16,009 bases of DNA from Chthonomonadales bacterium (lineage in GTDB: Bacteria > Armatimonadota > Chthonomonadetes > Chthonomonadales > Chthonomonadaceae), in contig JBBQPO010000139.1 in the NCBI GenBank assembly GCA_038217285.1, forward strand, positions 1 through 16,009. The letters run 5' to 3'. The translations under genes were made by a program, and so were the position numbers. Position 1 is the first letter of the stretch. Each line of letters opens with the position of its first letter. Positions 1-7,256 of the stretch are shown here, piece by piece. The notes beneath the pieces are model-generated. The model did not search any database. It had not been told where the DNA came from and was given only the letters and a program-made list of their open reading frames with translations.

Positions 1-91
1 CTGGTACCGAGACGCTCTGTGCCTCTCCACACACTGCGCCTGTCAGTAACCACGCCGCCACTATTCCTGCCCCTATTAGCATCCGTCGCAT
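1..91 (-). CDS. N-terminus of a secreted protein (partial, runs off the window start)
   Basis: Not in the ORF track. Minus strand ATG at 91 (TTG at 94) preceded by GAGGGAG; reads MRRMLIGAGIVAAWLLTGAVCGEAQSVSVP..., i.e. basic n-region, hydrophobic h-region and G-E-A|Q cleavage site of a Sec signal peptide. Confidence 0.65.
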   Translation of the reverse strand, partial: MRRMLIGAGIVAAWLLTGAVCGEAQSVSVP

Positions 92-178
92 CAAGTCTCT
101 CCCTCATAGATACGTTCTGTCGTGTACTGTCTCGGCTCGCATCCTGCATGACTGCAACCACCCCAATCCTCTGCGCTT

Positions 179-934
179 TTAGGGCCCGGTCTTGGTGCGG
201 ATCAGGGCGACGCGGTAGAAGAGGCTGCGGCGGAGGTGAAAGTCCTGACCCTCTCGCAGGCCGAACGACTCTGGCATGGCGCGGTACTCCGGCAGAGAGT
301 AGGCGCGCAGCACGGAGGCGGGGCCGTCGTGGCGCGTGAGGCGGTTCATTCCGGTCAGCGTGGAGACGGCGCGGAAGAGGTACCAGGCCGACCAGGCCCG
401 GCGCAGATCGTTGACCAGCCAGCCATGCCGCGCCACGCGCTCCATCTCCCGTAAGGCGATCACGCTCTGTTCGAACCCGAAATGATGGAAGGCCAGCGAA
501 CAGAGGACATAGTCCACGCTAGCGTCCGCGAAAGGCAGCCGAAACGCATCGCCGCGCACCAACCGAATCTCCTTCTCCGCCCCGACCTCTTCGCGAGCAA
601 ACCGCAGGATCGGTGGGCTGAAATCCAGTCCGAGGATCCGTACAGGCACCCCCTCTCGACCTGCGAGCGCCGTTACCGCCTTTGGCAGGTCGCCGGACCC
701 CGTCGCGACATCGAGAAACGTCACGGGCCGCGCCGCGAACGTCGGATCGGATTTCGCGGCGCGCAGCCAGAGCTTCGTCTGGCGCGCGACGACCGGCGTT
801 CCGCCCAGAAAGCGGTTGGCGCGCTGGACATCGGTCATGCTAGCGCGAAAATCGGCGTAAGGCTGTCCCTCGTCGTCGATCAGCTCCTCCTCGTCTATGC
901 GAGAAGGCGTATCCCACTCCAACAGGCTCTTCAA
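179..934 (-). CDS. Class I SAM-dependent methyltransferase (type often found beside polyketide synthases)
   Basis: 251 aa; motif I FLDVATGSGD, GLDFS, GDAFRLPFADASVDYV, SLAFHHF, NDLRR, HDGPASVLRAY. TTG at 934 is the first possible start after an in-frame upstream TGA; GAGGAG lies about 15 nt upstream. Confidence 0.92.
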   Translation of the reverse strand: MKSLLEWDTPSRIDEEELIDDEGQPYADFRASMTDVQRANRFLGGTPVVARQTKLWLRAAKSDPTFAARPVTFLDVATGSGDLPKAVTALAGREGVPVRILGLDFSPPILRFAREEVGAEKEIRLVRGDAFRLPFADASVDYVLCSLAFHHFGFEQSVIALREMERVARHGWLVNDLRRAWSAWYLFRAVSTLTGMNRLTRHDGPASVLRAYSLPEYRAMPESFGLREGQDFHLRRSLFYRVALIRTKTGP

Positions 935-971
935 GGGTCTGTACTGCGTCTCCTCTTCGTAGAATTCTCAA

Positions 972-997
972 GACTGTGAGGGCCGCCGTGACGTTGC
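972..997 (-). promoter_or_regulatory. Candidate ECF-sigma-type promoter for the methyltransferase (GCAAC-N17-AGTC)
   Basis: Minus strand GCAAC (997-993), 17-nt spacer, AGTC (975-972), about 40 nt upstream of the TTG start. Degenerate version of the motif seen at four other sites. Confidence 0.3.
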
Positions 998-1012
998 CCT
1001 TCCCGCTGACAT

Positions 1013-1038
1013 TGAACTTTCGACATACATAAGGCGTA
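1013..1038 (+). promoter_or_regulatory. Candidate ECF-sigma-type promoter for the ketosynthase-P450 unit (TGAAC-N17-CGTA)
   Basis: TGAAC 1013-1017, 17-nt spacer, CGTA 1035-1038 in the AT-richer divergent intergenic region; AAC / CGT cores are typical of ECF sigma promoters. Confidence 0.45.
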
Positions 1039-1165
1039 CACCTGTATAGTTCACGAATTACCGAGGCTATCCCGCTTTTGGCCACCATCACCGTTGGAAA
1101 AACGGAAAGGCTGACCGACAAGCTAGATGGCAGACCTGCTTCTTAAAGAGCGGGCGGAGGCGAAA

Positions 1166-2428
1166 TTGCAGGCATTTGACAGAGCGACGAATCGACGGCG
1201 TGTGGTGGTCACCGGAATAGGGGCGATCACGCCTATCGGCATTGGGGTCGATGGACTACGGGCAGGGTTGCGGAGCGCACAGTCGGCAGTCCACACGATC
1301 ACCGACTTCGACACCTCTGCTTTCGTCACGCATATCGCGGCGACGGTGAAAGACTTCGACGCGATGCCTTATCTGGACGGCAAAAAGCTGAAACGCCTGG
1401 ATAAGTTCTCCCAGTTCGCGGTCGCCGCCGCCAAAATGGCCGTCTCGGACGCGCACCTCGATCTGGACCGGGAGGACCGCAACCGGGTCGGCGTCTGTCT
1501 GGGTACCGCGCTGGGGGGCATCTCTTTCGCCGAAGCGCAGTACCCGAAGTTTATGGCGCAGGGCCCGCACGGCGTCAATCCGATGCTCGCCCTCAGCGTC
1601 TTCAACGGGGCTGGCTCGTGCAACGTCGCCATAGAGCTAGGCATCAACGGCCCGGCCACGGCCAATGGCGACTCCTGCGCCGCCTCTCCGATCGCCATCG
1701 GGCATGCGGTCGATATGATTCGCGCCGACCGGACCGACATCATGCTGGCAGGCGGCTCGGAAGCGCCGCTGTCGCCGCTCTGTTTCGGCGCATTCGCCAT
1801 CATCCGCGCCATGAGTCAGCGCAACGCCGATCCGCAGGCGGCCTCCCGCCCGTTCGACAAAGAGCGCGACGGCTTCGTGATGGCGGAAGGGGCGACGATG
1901 CTCGTCCTGGAAGAACTGGAGCATGCGCAGAAACGCGGGGCGCAGATCTACGGCGAGATACTGGGCCACGCCTGCACCAACGACGCCTTCCACATGACGC
2001 AGCCCCGCCCGGACGGAAGTCAGACCGCGCGCTGTATGCGCGACTGTCTGCGCGAAGGCGGTATCGCAGCAGAGCAGGTAGACTATATCAATGCCCACGG
2101 CTCCAGCACAATGCTCAACGATAGCTCGGAGACCACGGCGATCAAAAAAGTGTTCTGCGACACCGCGTATGACATTCCTATCAGCGGCACCAAGGGCGCG
2201 CATGGCCACGCGCTGGGCGCGACAGGCGCCTGGGAGGCCGCCATCAGCCTGCTGGCCCTCCGCGACGACTGGCTTCCACCGACCCTCAATCTGACCACTC
2301 CCGACCCGGCCTGCGATCTCGACTATATTCCGGAGACAACGGGGCGCTCGCAGCGCGTGAACTATGTCCTGTCCAACTCCTTCGGCTTCGGGGGCATCAA
2401 CGCCTGCCTGCTCTTCGGGCGCGTCTAG
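1166..2428 (+). CDS. fabF: Beta-ketoacyl-ACP synthase II family protein (FabF-like ketosynthase, probably a secondary-metabolism paralogue)
   Basis: RRVVVTGIG, catalytic Cys in NGDSCAAS (TGC 1676-1678), SRPFDKERDGFVMAEG, INAHGSST, KGAHGHALGA, SNSFGFGG: Cys-His-His triad intact. The ORF opens at ATG 1127, but in-frame TTG 1166 has GGAGG 5 nt upstream and is preferred. Confidence 0.93.
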   Translation: MQAFDRATNRRRVVVTGIGAITPIGIGVDGLRAGLRSAQSAVHTITDFDTSAFVTHIAATVKDFDAMPYLDGKKLKRLDKFSQFAVAAAKMAVSDAHLDLDREDRNRVGVCLGTALGGISFAEAQYPKFMAQGPHGVNPMLALSVFNGAGSCNVAIELGINGPATANGDSCAASPIAIGHAVDMIRADRTDIMLAGGSEAPLSPLCFGAFAIIRAMSQRNADPQAASRPFDKERDGFVMAEGATMLVLEELEHAQKRGAQIYGEILGHACTNDAFHMTQPRPDGSQTARCMRDCLREGGIAAEQVDYINAHGSSTMLNDSSETTAIKKVFCDTAYDIPISGTKGAHGHALGATGAWEAAISLLALRDDWLPPTLNLTTPDPACDLDYIPETTGRSQRVNYVLSNSFGFGGINACLLFGRV

Positions 2429-2446
2429 GCCACCGGATTCGCCCTC

Positions 2447-3856
2447 ATGCAGACTTCCCGGACGGAACACACAGTAAGCCCTCCCCAGCACCCGATTTTC
2501 GGCCATCTCCCGGCGTTTCGAAAAGACGCGCTGGGATTTCTGACGCACTGTGCGCGCAGCTACGGCAACGTCGTGCCGCTGCGGATGCTGCACAAGCCCG
2601 CCTTTCTGCTGCTGGATTCGGCGGACATCGAGCGGGTGCTGGTCACGGATCACAAGGATTTCCGGAAGGCGCAGTGGCTCCGTACCGCCGCCGTGCGCCG
2701 GGTGCTCGGAGAGGGCCTGGTGACCGCCGAGGGGGAAGAGTGGCGGCGGCAGCGCCACGCCTGTCAGCCCGCCTTCCAGCCCCGGCGCATGGAGAGTTAT
2801 GGGGCCATCATCGCATCCCTCGCGCACCGTACTCTGGCAGAATGGGAGCCAGGTCAGACGCGCCCCCTCCAGCAGGATATGGCGCATCTGGCCCTGCAGA
2901 TCGTGGCCCAGACGCTTCTCGACGTGGATGAGATGGGATGGTCGGCAGAGGCAAGTGCGGCCGTGGACACGCTGATGGCCCGCTTTACGGGGCAGCGCAG
3001 CCTCTTCGGTATGATCCCCCTACCCGCCAGTCGTGCCGAAAAGCAGGCGGCACGCCAACTGAACCAGGTGGTGGAAAAACTCCTCCACAGCCATGCCACG
3101 CGAACGGAAACCGGCCCCCCGGATCCGAAACAGTCGGATATGCTCTCTCTCTTAAAGCAGTCGATCAGTGCGGGAGGCGAAGGAAGGCATGGGCCTCTCC
3201 TTCACGAACAGGTGAAGACGTTTCTCTCGGCAGGGCACGAGAGCTCGGCCCTCACGCTTGTCTGGGCTTTCCTGCTCCTCGCCCGCGCCCCCGAAGCGGA
3301 GGCGGCGATGGCCTCGGAACTGCAAACCGCGCTCCAGGGCCGTTCCCCTGCCTACGCCGACCTGCCCAACCTGCCCTTTACACGGGCGATCATTCAAGAG
3401 ACGCTGCGTCTCTATCCCCCCGTCTGGATGACAGGCCGACAGTCCCTGCGCCCTTGCGAAATCGGCGGTTTTCGAGTTCCGGTCGGCGCTTTCATCATGA
3501 CCAGTCAATGGGCCGTGCAGCGTCTGCCGCAGCACTTCCCCTGCCCCGACGAATTCCGTCCCGAGCGCTGGATAAATGGCGAAACCGCCGATCTTCCCCG
3601 CTTCGCCTACTTCCCTTTTGGCGGCGGCCCGCGCATCTGCATCGGTCAGAACTTCGCGCTGGTCGAAGCCATTCTTCTCCTGGCAACCATCGCGCAGCGC
3701 TTCCGTTTGGAACCCGAGTCCGAAGCCTCCTCCCAACCCTGGCCCAGCATGACTCTCCGCCCCCCGGCCGGAACCATGATGCGGTTGACTTCCAGGTCCT
3801 TGGGGAGAACCTCCGCTGTCATGCCACCGGATACTCGGCTTCGACTTTTGCCTTGA
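2447..3856 (+). CDS. Cytochrome P450
   Basis: 469 aa; WRRQR C-helix motif, I-helix AGHESS, K-helix ETLR, PERW, heme-binding FPFGGGPRICIG (Cys TGC 3638-3640). Starts 18 nt after the ketosynthase stop. Confidence 0.96.
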   Translation: MQTSRTEHTVSPPQHPIFGHLPAFRKDALGFLTHCARSYGNVVPLRMLHKPAFLLLDSADIERVLVTDHKDFRKAQWLRTAAVRRVLGEGLVTAEGEEWRRQRHACQPAFQPRRMESYGAIIASLAHRTLAEWEPGQTRPLQQDMAHLALQIVAQTLLDVDEMGWSAEASAAVDTLMARFTGQRSLFGMIPLPASRAEKQAARQLNQVVEKLLHSHATRTETGPPDPKQSDMLSLLKQSISAGGEGRHGPLLHEQVKTFLSAGHESSALTLVWAFLLLARAPEAEAAMASELQTALQGRSPAYADLPNLPFTRAIIQETLRLYPPVWMTGRQSLRPCEIGGFRVPVGAFIMTSQWAVQRLPQHFPCPDEFRPERWINGETADLPRFAYFPFGGGPRICIGQNFALVEAILLLATIAQRFRLEPESEASSQPWPSMTLRPPAGTMMRLTSRSLGRTSAVMPPDTRLRLLP

Positions 3857-4283
3857 TACAGCGCAGGGTCTTCCCGGCGATATTCTCGACAAAAAGCCTC
3901 CCGACGATATACTTCGCGAACAGCGGCCCTAGCACAGGGACGGGATAGCCCAGCTCATGGTAGATCGAGACGTGGACCCCGTTGGCCCGCTTCTCCAACT
4001 TCCACTCCACCCACATCCCCTTCGTCATCCCGGCGGTATGGACGAAGGTGATCCGATTTGTCTCCGGGAACAGCTCCTGCCGCGCGCTCCACTTCACTGG
4101 AAAGCCGTCCCGCGACGCCCCATAATCGGCCTGTTTATGGCGCTCCGACTGCTGCCGGATGTGCATATACCGATAGTGCGGCAGCATCGTGGGCCAGTCC
4201 TGAATATCGGCGGCAAGCTGGAAGATGCGCGGGCATATCTGCTCCGGATCCCCTTTTATATCGATCTCATTGACAGTCTTCAT
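3819..4283 (-). CDS. SRPBCC / polyketide cyclase-dehydrase family protein
   Basis: 154 aa from ATG 4283 (AAGGGAG just upstream), not 4589 as in the ORF track. MKTVNEIDI...IFQLAADIQDWPTMLPHYR...WSARQ...ITFVH...GMWVEWKLE...TLRCIKAKVE fits the Bet v1/START-fold aromatase-cyclase pattern. Confidence 0.88.
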   Translation of the reverse strand: MKTVNEIDIKGDPEQICPRIFQLAADIQDWPTMLPHYRYMHIRQQSERHKQADYGASRDGFPVKWSARQELFPETNRITFVHTAGMTKGMWVEWKLEKRANGVHVSIYHELGYPVPVLGPLFAKYIVGRLFVENIAGKTLRCIKAKVEAEYPVA

Positions 4284-4292
4284 ACACTCCCT

Positions 4293-4317
4293 TACGCCGC
4301 CTGCCTGCCTTCGTTCC
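4293..4317 (-). promoter_or_regulatory. Candidate ECF-sigma-type promoter for the cyclase gene (GGAAC-N16-CGTA)
   Basis: Minus strand GGAAC (4317-4313), 16-nt spacer, CGTA (4296-4293), 9 nt before the ATG. Caveat: the CGTA abuts the Shine-Dalgarno-like TAAGGGAG. Confidence 0.45.
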
Positions 4318-4341
4318 TTTCGCAGTTGCATGAGGCCCACG

Positions 4342-5472
4342 TTAATCCGGGAGGCTGATTGGGTCTCCGGAGAGTGGGGGCAGCGGGTGCGGACGTACCA
4401 GTGCGCCGCCCTGTTCGTACGATTCGATGACGGCCCAGGTGTACTCCAGCGCTGCGAGGGCATCGCGGCCGGAGGCGCGGACGTCTTCACGGGGTACGCC
4501 GTTGGTGATGTCTTCCAGAAACGCGTGGATACGGCGCGGGAAGGTCTGCCCGAAATCCGTGATACCGGAGCTGGTGACTTCCGGGCCACCCGGTCCGCCG
4601 CCCGCCATCTTCGCCGGGTCGCCCGCTTTCGCGGGGCTCGGCGCGGGCCAGAAGGTCACCTTCTCGATGCAGTTCTCGATGCAGAAGGTGCCGTGCGTTC
4701 CCGCCACCTCCAGGCTCCACCATCCGCCCAGTCCGTAGGTCGCATCGCCGCGCTGGCTGAGAAGGTACCCGACACAGTCGTTGGCGAAGCGCACATGGAT
4801 GCTAACGGTAGAGAGCATGACATCTCCCACCCGCCGCCGGAAGCCCGGACGGTTCACGAACGCCTGCACATGCGTGATGTCACCGCAGAAGTGCCGCATG
4901 ACGCTGAAAGGATGCGACAGAAACGCCTTGAGGTGCCCATAAGGAAACCCCTTGAAGCGAGACGAGGTGGGAGGGCTGTACGCCTCTTCGCCCGCAGAGA
5001 ACCCCATCTTATGCAGACAGTAGACCAGTTCTCCCACCTGACCGGAGTCCATATACTCTTTCGCCTTTTCCGCTGGCGGCGTAAAGTAGTGGTTCAGGTT
5101 GCAGCCGATGATGACCTTCTTCTGCGCCGCCTTCGCCACCATCTCCCGCGCCTGCCCGATATCGGCTGACAGTGGCTTCTCGACCAGAACGTGTTTGCCC
5201 GCCTCCATCGCCTGCATAGCCGGCTCGTAGTGCCAACTGCCGTTCTCAAACCCGCCCGTCGTCACGTCTACGATGTCCAGCGGTTCGTTCCGCAGCATCT
5301 CGTCCAGGCTATAGTACGCCTTCACCCCGAATTTCGCCGCCGCTGTATCCGCCCGCTCCTTCACGACATCGCAGACCGCGACGAGATCCCCGAGCGGCTC
5401 CTCTTTGTAGGCATTCGCATGCCCGGTCCCGATGCCCCGCATTCCTACCAGTCCTACTTTTAATGACGCCAT
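4342..5472 (-). CDS. Gfo/Idh/MocA family NAD(P)-dependent oxidoreductase
   Basis: N-terminal Rossmann KVGLVGMRGIG, VAVCD, GKHVLVEKPL signature. ATG 5472 chosen because GGAG lies 6 nt upstream (ORF opens at 5484). Confidence 0.93.
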   Translation of the reverse strand: MASLKVGLVGMRGIGTGHANAYKEEPLGDLVAVCDVVKERADTAAAKFGVKAYYSLDEMLRNEPLDIVDVTTGGFENGSWHYEPAMQAMEAGKHVLVEKPLSADIGQAREMVAKAAQKKVIIGCNLNHYFTPPAEKAKEYMDSGQVGELVYCLHKMGFSAGEEAYSPPTSSRFKGFPYGHLKAFLSHPFSVMRHFCGDITHVQAFVNRPGFRRRVGDVMLSTVSIHVRFANDCVGYLLSQRGDATYGLGGWWSLEVAGTHGTFCIENCIEKVTFWPAPSPAKAGDPAKMAGGGPGGPEVTSSGITDFGQTFPRRIHAFLEDITNGVPREDVRASGRDALAALEYTWAVIESYEQGGALVRPHPLPPLSGDPISLPD

Positions 5473-5533
5473 TATCATCTCCATTTTCGAATTTCGATTG
5501 ATCGTACTGCCGAACTACATTGTGCCTGCCCCG

Positions 5534-5809
5534 CTACCCTTTCTCCTTCTTCTCGATAAGGGCCACTATCTGCTGCACCGTCGTATCCCCAATGATGAAA
5601 AGGGAGGATGGCATATTTTCGACGTCGTCTTCCGAAATCTCGAAATCGACTTCTAGTTTCATCATGAGTTCGACAATATCCATCGAGTCCGGGGGCGTTC
5701 CTCGTTTCTCCCAGAAGAGATCGTCGAGCGTAGTCTCAGGCTTTATGATCTCCTTAGGAATATCTAACGAGGCTGCAAGGGACTTTTGCACACGCAGGAA
5801 TGTAGTCAT
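5534..5809 (-). CDS. Acyl carrier protein-like protein (atypical, with loop insertions)
   Basis: 91 aa acidic protein from ATG 5809 with AGGAG upstream; DSMDIVELMMKLE resembles ACP DSLDxVELVMALE (Ser42, codon 5686-5684) and TTVQQIVALI resembles ACP helix IV. Confidence 0.8.
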   Translation of the reverse strand: MTTFLRVQKSLAASLDIPKEIIKPETTLDDLFWEKRGTPPDSMDIVELMMKLEVDFEISEDDVENMPSSLFIIGDTTVQQIVALIEKKEKG

Positions 5810-5825
5810 GCTGTCTCTCCTTCTT

Positions 5826-7016
5826 TCAGTAGACGTGCATCGAGCCATCTGAGCGACGGACAAGCGGCATATAGGCGCGCTTATAAGGATACTGTGCCGC
5901 CTTCTCCTCGTCGATGTCCAAGCCGAAGCCGGGGGCTTCATTGGGGTGAAGGAAACCGTGCTCCATCTTGCAGACGCCCGAGACGATCTCGTAGGCGGCT
6001 TCGGGGTAGCGGGTCCACTCCTGAACGCCGAAGTTCGGGATGACCGACTGGAGGGCGACGCTGGCGGCCTGGGCGATAGGACCTATGTCGCCGGCTCCGT
6101 GAAAAGCGCTGCGCACGTTGTAGGGTTCGGCGAGAACCATGATCTTCCGGGCTTCGGTCAGGCCGCCGACGTGGAGCGGTTTGATGCGGATGAAATCGAT
6201 CCATTTGTTGACGAAGAGCGGCAGGCAGTCCCAGCGGGAGGTAATGATCTCACCGATGGCGAGCGGGGTTGTGGAGGCGGCGCGAAGGATGGGCCAACTC
6301 TCCCGGTGTTCCGGCATCAAGGGATCTTCGAGGAAGAAGAGACGGTAGGGTTCCAACTCTTTTGCCAACCGGGCCGCTTCGATAGGCTGCAACTGCTCGT
6401 GCGCGTCGTGGAACAGTTCGATCTCCATGCCGAGTTTGTCGCGCATGTGGGCGAAGATTTTGGGAACAGAGAGGAGATAGGGAGTCGGCTCGTATATCTG
6501 TTCCGGCGGCGTTCCGGGGGTGATCGGTGGATTGGAGCCGAGGACGCCCGCGCCGCCGTAGACGCCGACCTGACACCGCACGACCTTGAAGCCCCGCTCT
6601 ATCAGTTTGCGCGCGCTGTCCTCGCACTCGATGACGTCGCGCCCGCTCGCATGGCTGTAGCACATCACGCCGTCCCGCGCCTTGCCGCCCAGGAGTTGAT
6701 AGACCGGCAGTCCGGCCTGCTTGCCTTTGATGTCCCAAAGGGCAAAATCAATGGCGGCAATGGCGGCCATAAAGATCGGTCCGCCGCGCCAGTAGCCCTG
6801 TCGGTAGAGCAGTTGCCAGGTGTCTTCGATACGCTGCGGGTCGCGACCTATGAGCAGGTGGCTCATGTGGCGAATGGCCTCTGCCACGATAGGCTCGCTG
6901 CCGTTGAGCGTGCCTTCACCGACGCCGTACAGGCCCGGCACGTCGGTCATTACCTTGACGAACACATAGTTCCGTCCGGGACATGTTACGATCACTTTGA
7001 CATCGGTTATCTTCAA
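5826..7016 (-). CDS. manD: Enolase-superfamily acid-sugar dehydratase, D-mannonate dehydratase (ManD/RspA) subgroup
   Basis: 396 aa from TTG 7016 (GGAGG 9 nt upstream). KITDVKVIVTCPGRNYV, GEGTLNG, YWRGGP, ALWDIKGK, metal ligands HDAH / LEDP / IGE, FHGAGD. Exact substrate cannot be read from sequence. Confidence 0.9.
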   Translation of the reverse strand: MKITDVKVIVTCPGRNYVFVKVMTDVPGLYGVGEGTLNGSEPIVAEAIRHMSHLLIGRDPQRIEDTWQLLYRQGYWRGGPIFMAAIAAIDFALWDIKGKQAGLPVYQLLGGKARDGVMCYSHASGRDVIECEDSARKLIERGFKVVRCQVGVYGGAGVLGSNPPITPGTPPEQIYEPTPYLLSVPKIFAHMRDKLGMEIELFHDAHEQLQPIEAARLAKELEPYRLFFLEDPLMPEHRESWPILRAASTTPLAIGEIITSRWDCLPLFVNKWIDFIRIKPLHVGGLTEARKIMVLAEPYNVRSAFHGAGDIGPIAQAASVALQSVIPNFGVQEWTRYPEAAYEIVSGVCKMEHGFLHPNEAPGFGLDIDEEKAAQYPYKRAYMPLVRRSDGSMHVY

Positions 7017-7082
7017 TGCGCTCTCCCTCCACGCCTTTGTCCGATTCATTTCGCGACCGTCCGACCTTTCCCCTGCAAGATT

Positions 7083-7102
7083 TGCGATGGAAGGCGATGG
7101 AA
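7083..7102. repeat. 10-bp-period tandem direct repeat (TGCGATGGAA GGCGATGGAA), possible operator
   Basis: Directly visible, 9/10 identical units, 67 nt upstream of the manD start. Confidence 0.5.
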
Positions 7103-7256
7103 TGAATTCCTTCGCTAGAGGCGCGCAGCGCCGAAGGTCCGCCTGCGCGGACACAAAGCCGTTGACTTTCGAGAGCGGAAAGGGTCAGGGGACCGAACAT
7201 CCGAGCAGGGAGATGCAGTATGTGCAGCGAATATCTCCGAGAGGAGACCTTCTATC

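Noticed and set aside
4284-4589. N-terminal extension of the SRPBCC ORF to 4589
   Set aside because: Overlaps the oxidoreductase 3' end in another frame; the domain and RBS begin at 4283.
4661-4684. 12-bp tandem repeat TTCTCGATGCAG x2
   Set aside because: In-frame within the oxidoreductase (CIEN-CIEK); two copies only, not CRISPR or a contingency locus.
7116-7256. Lysine-riboswitch-like words (TAGAGGCGCG, GAAAGGG, CCGAA, GAATA) and a c-di-GMP-I-like word (GGACACAAAGCC)
   Set aside because: The required pairings and remaining conserved elements (lysine P2 stem, AGUA, CUGUC; GEMM GGCAAA and tetraloop/receptor) are missing, and the downstream gene does not fit lysine control.
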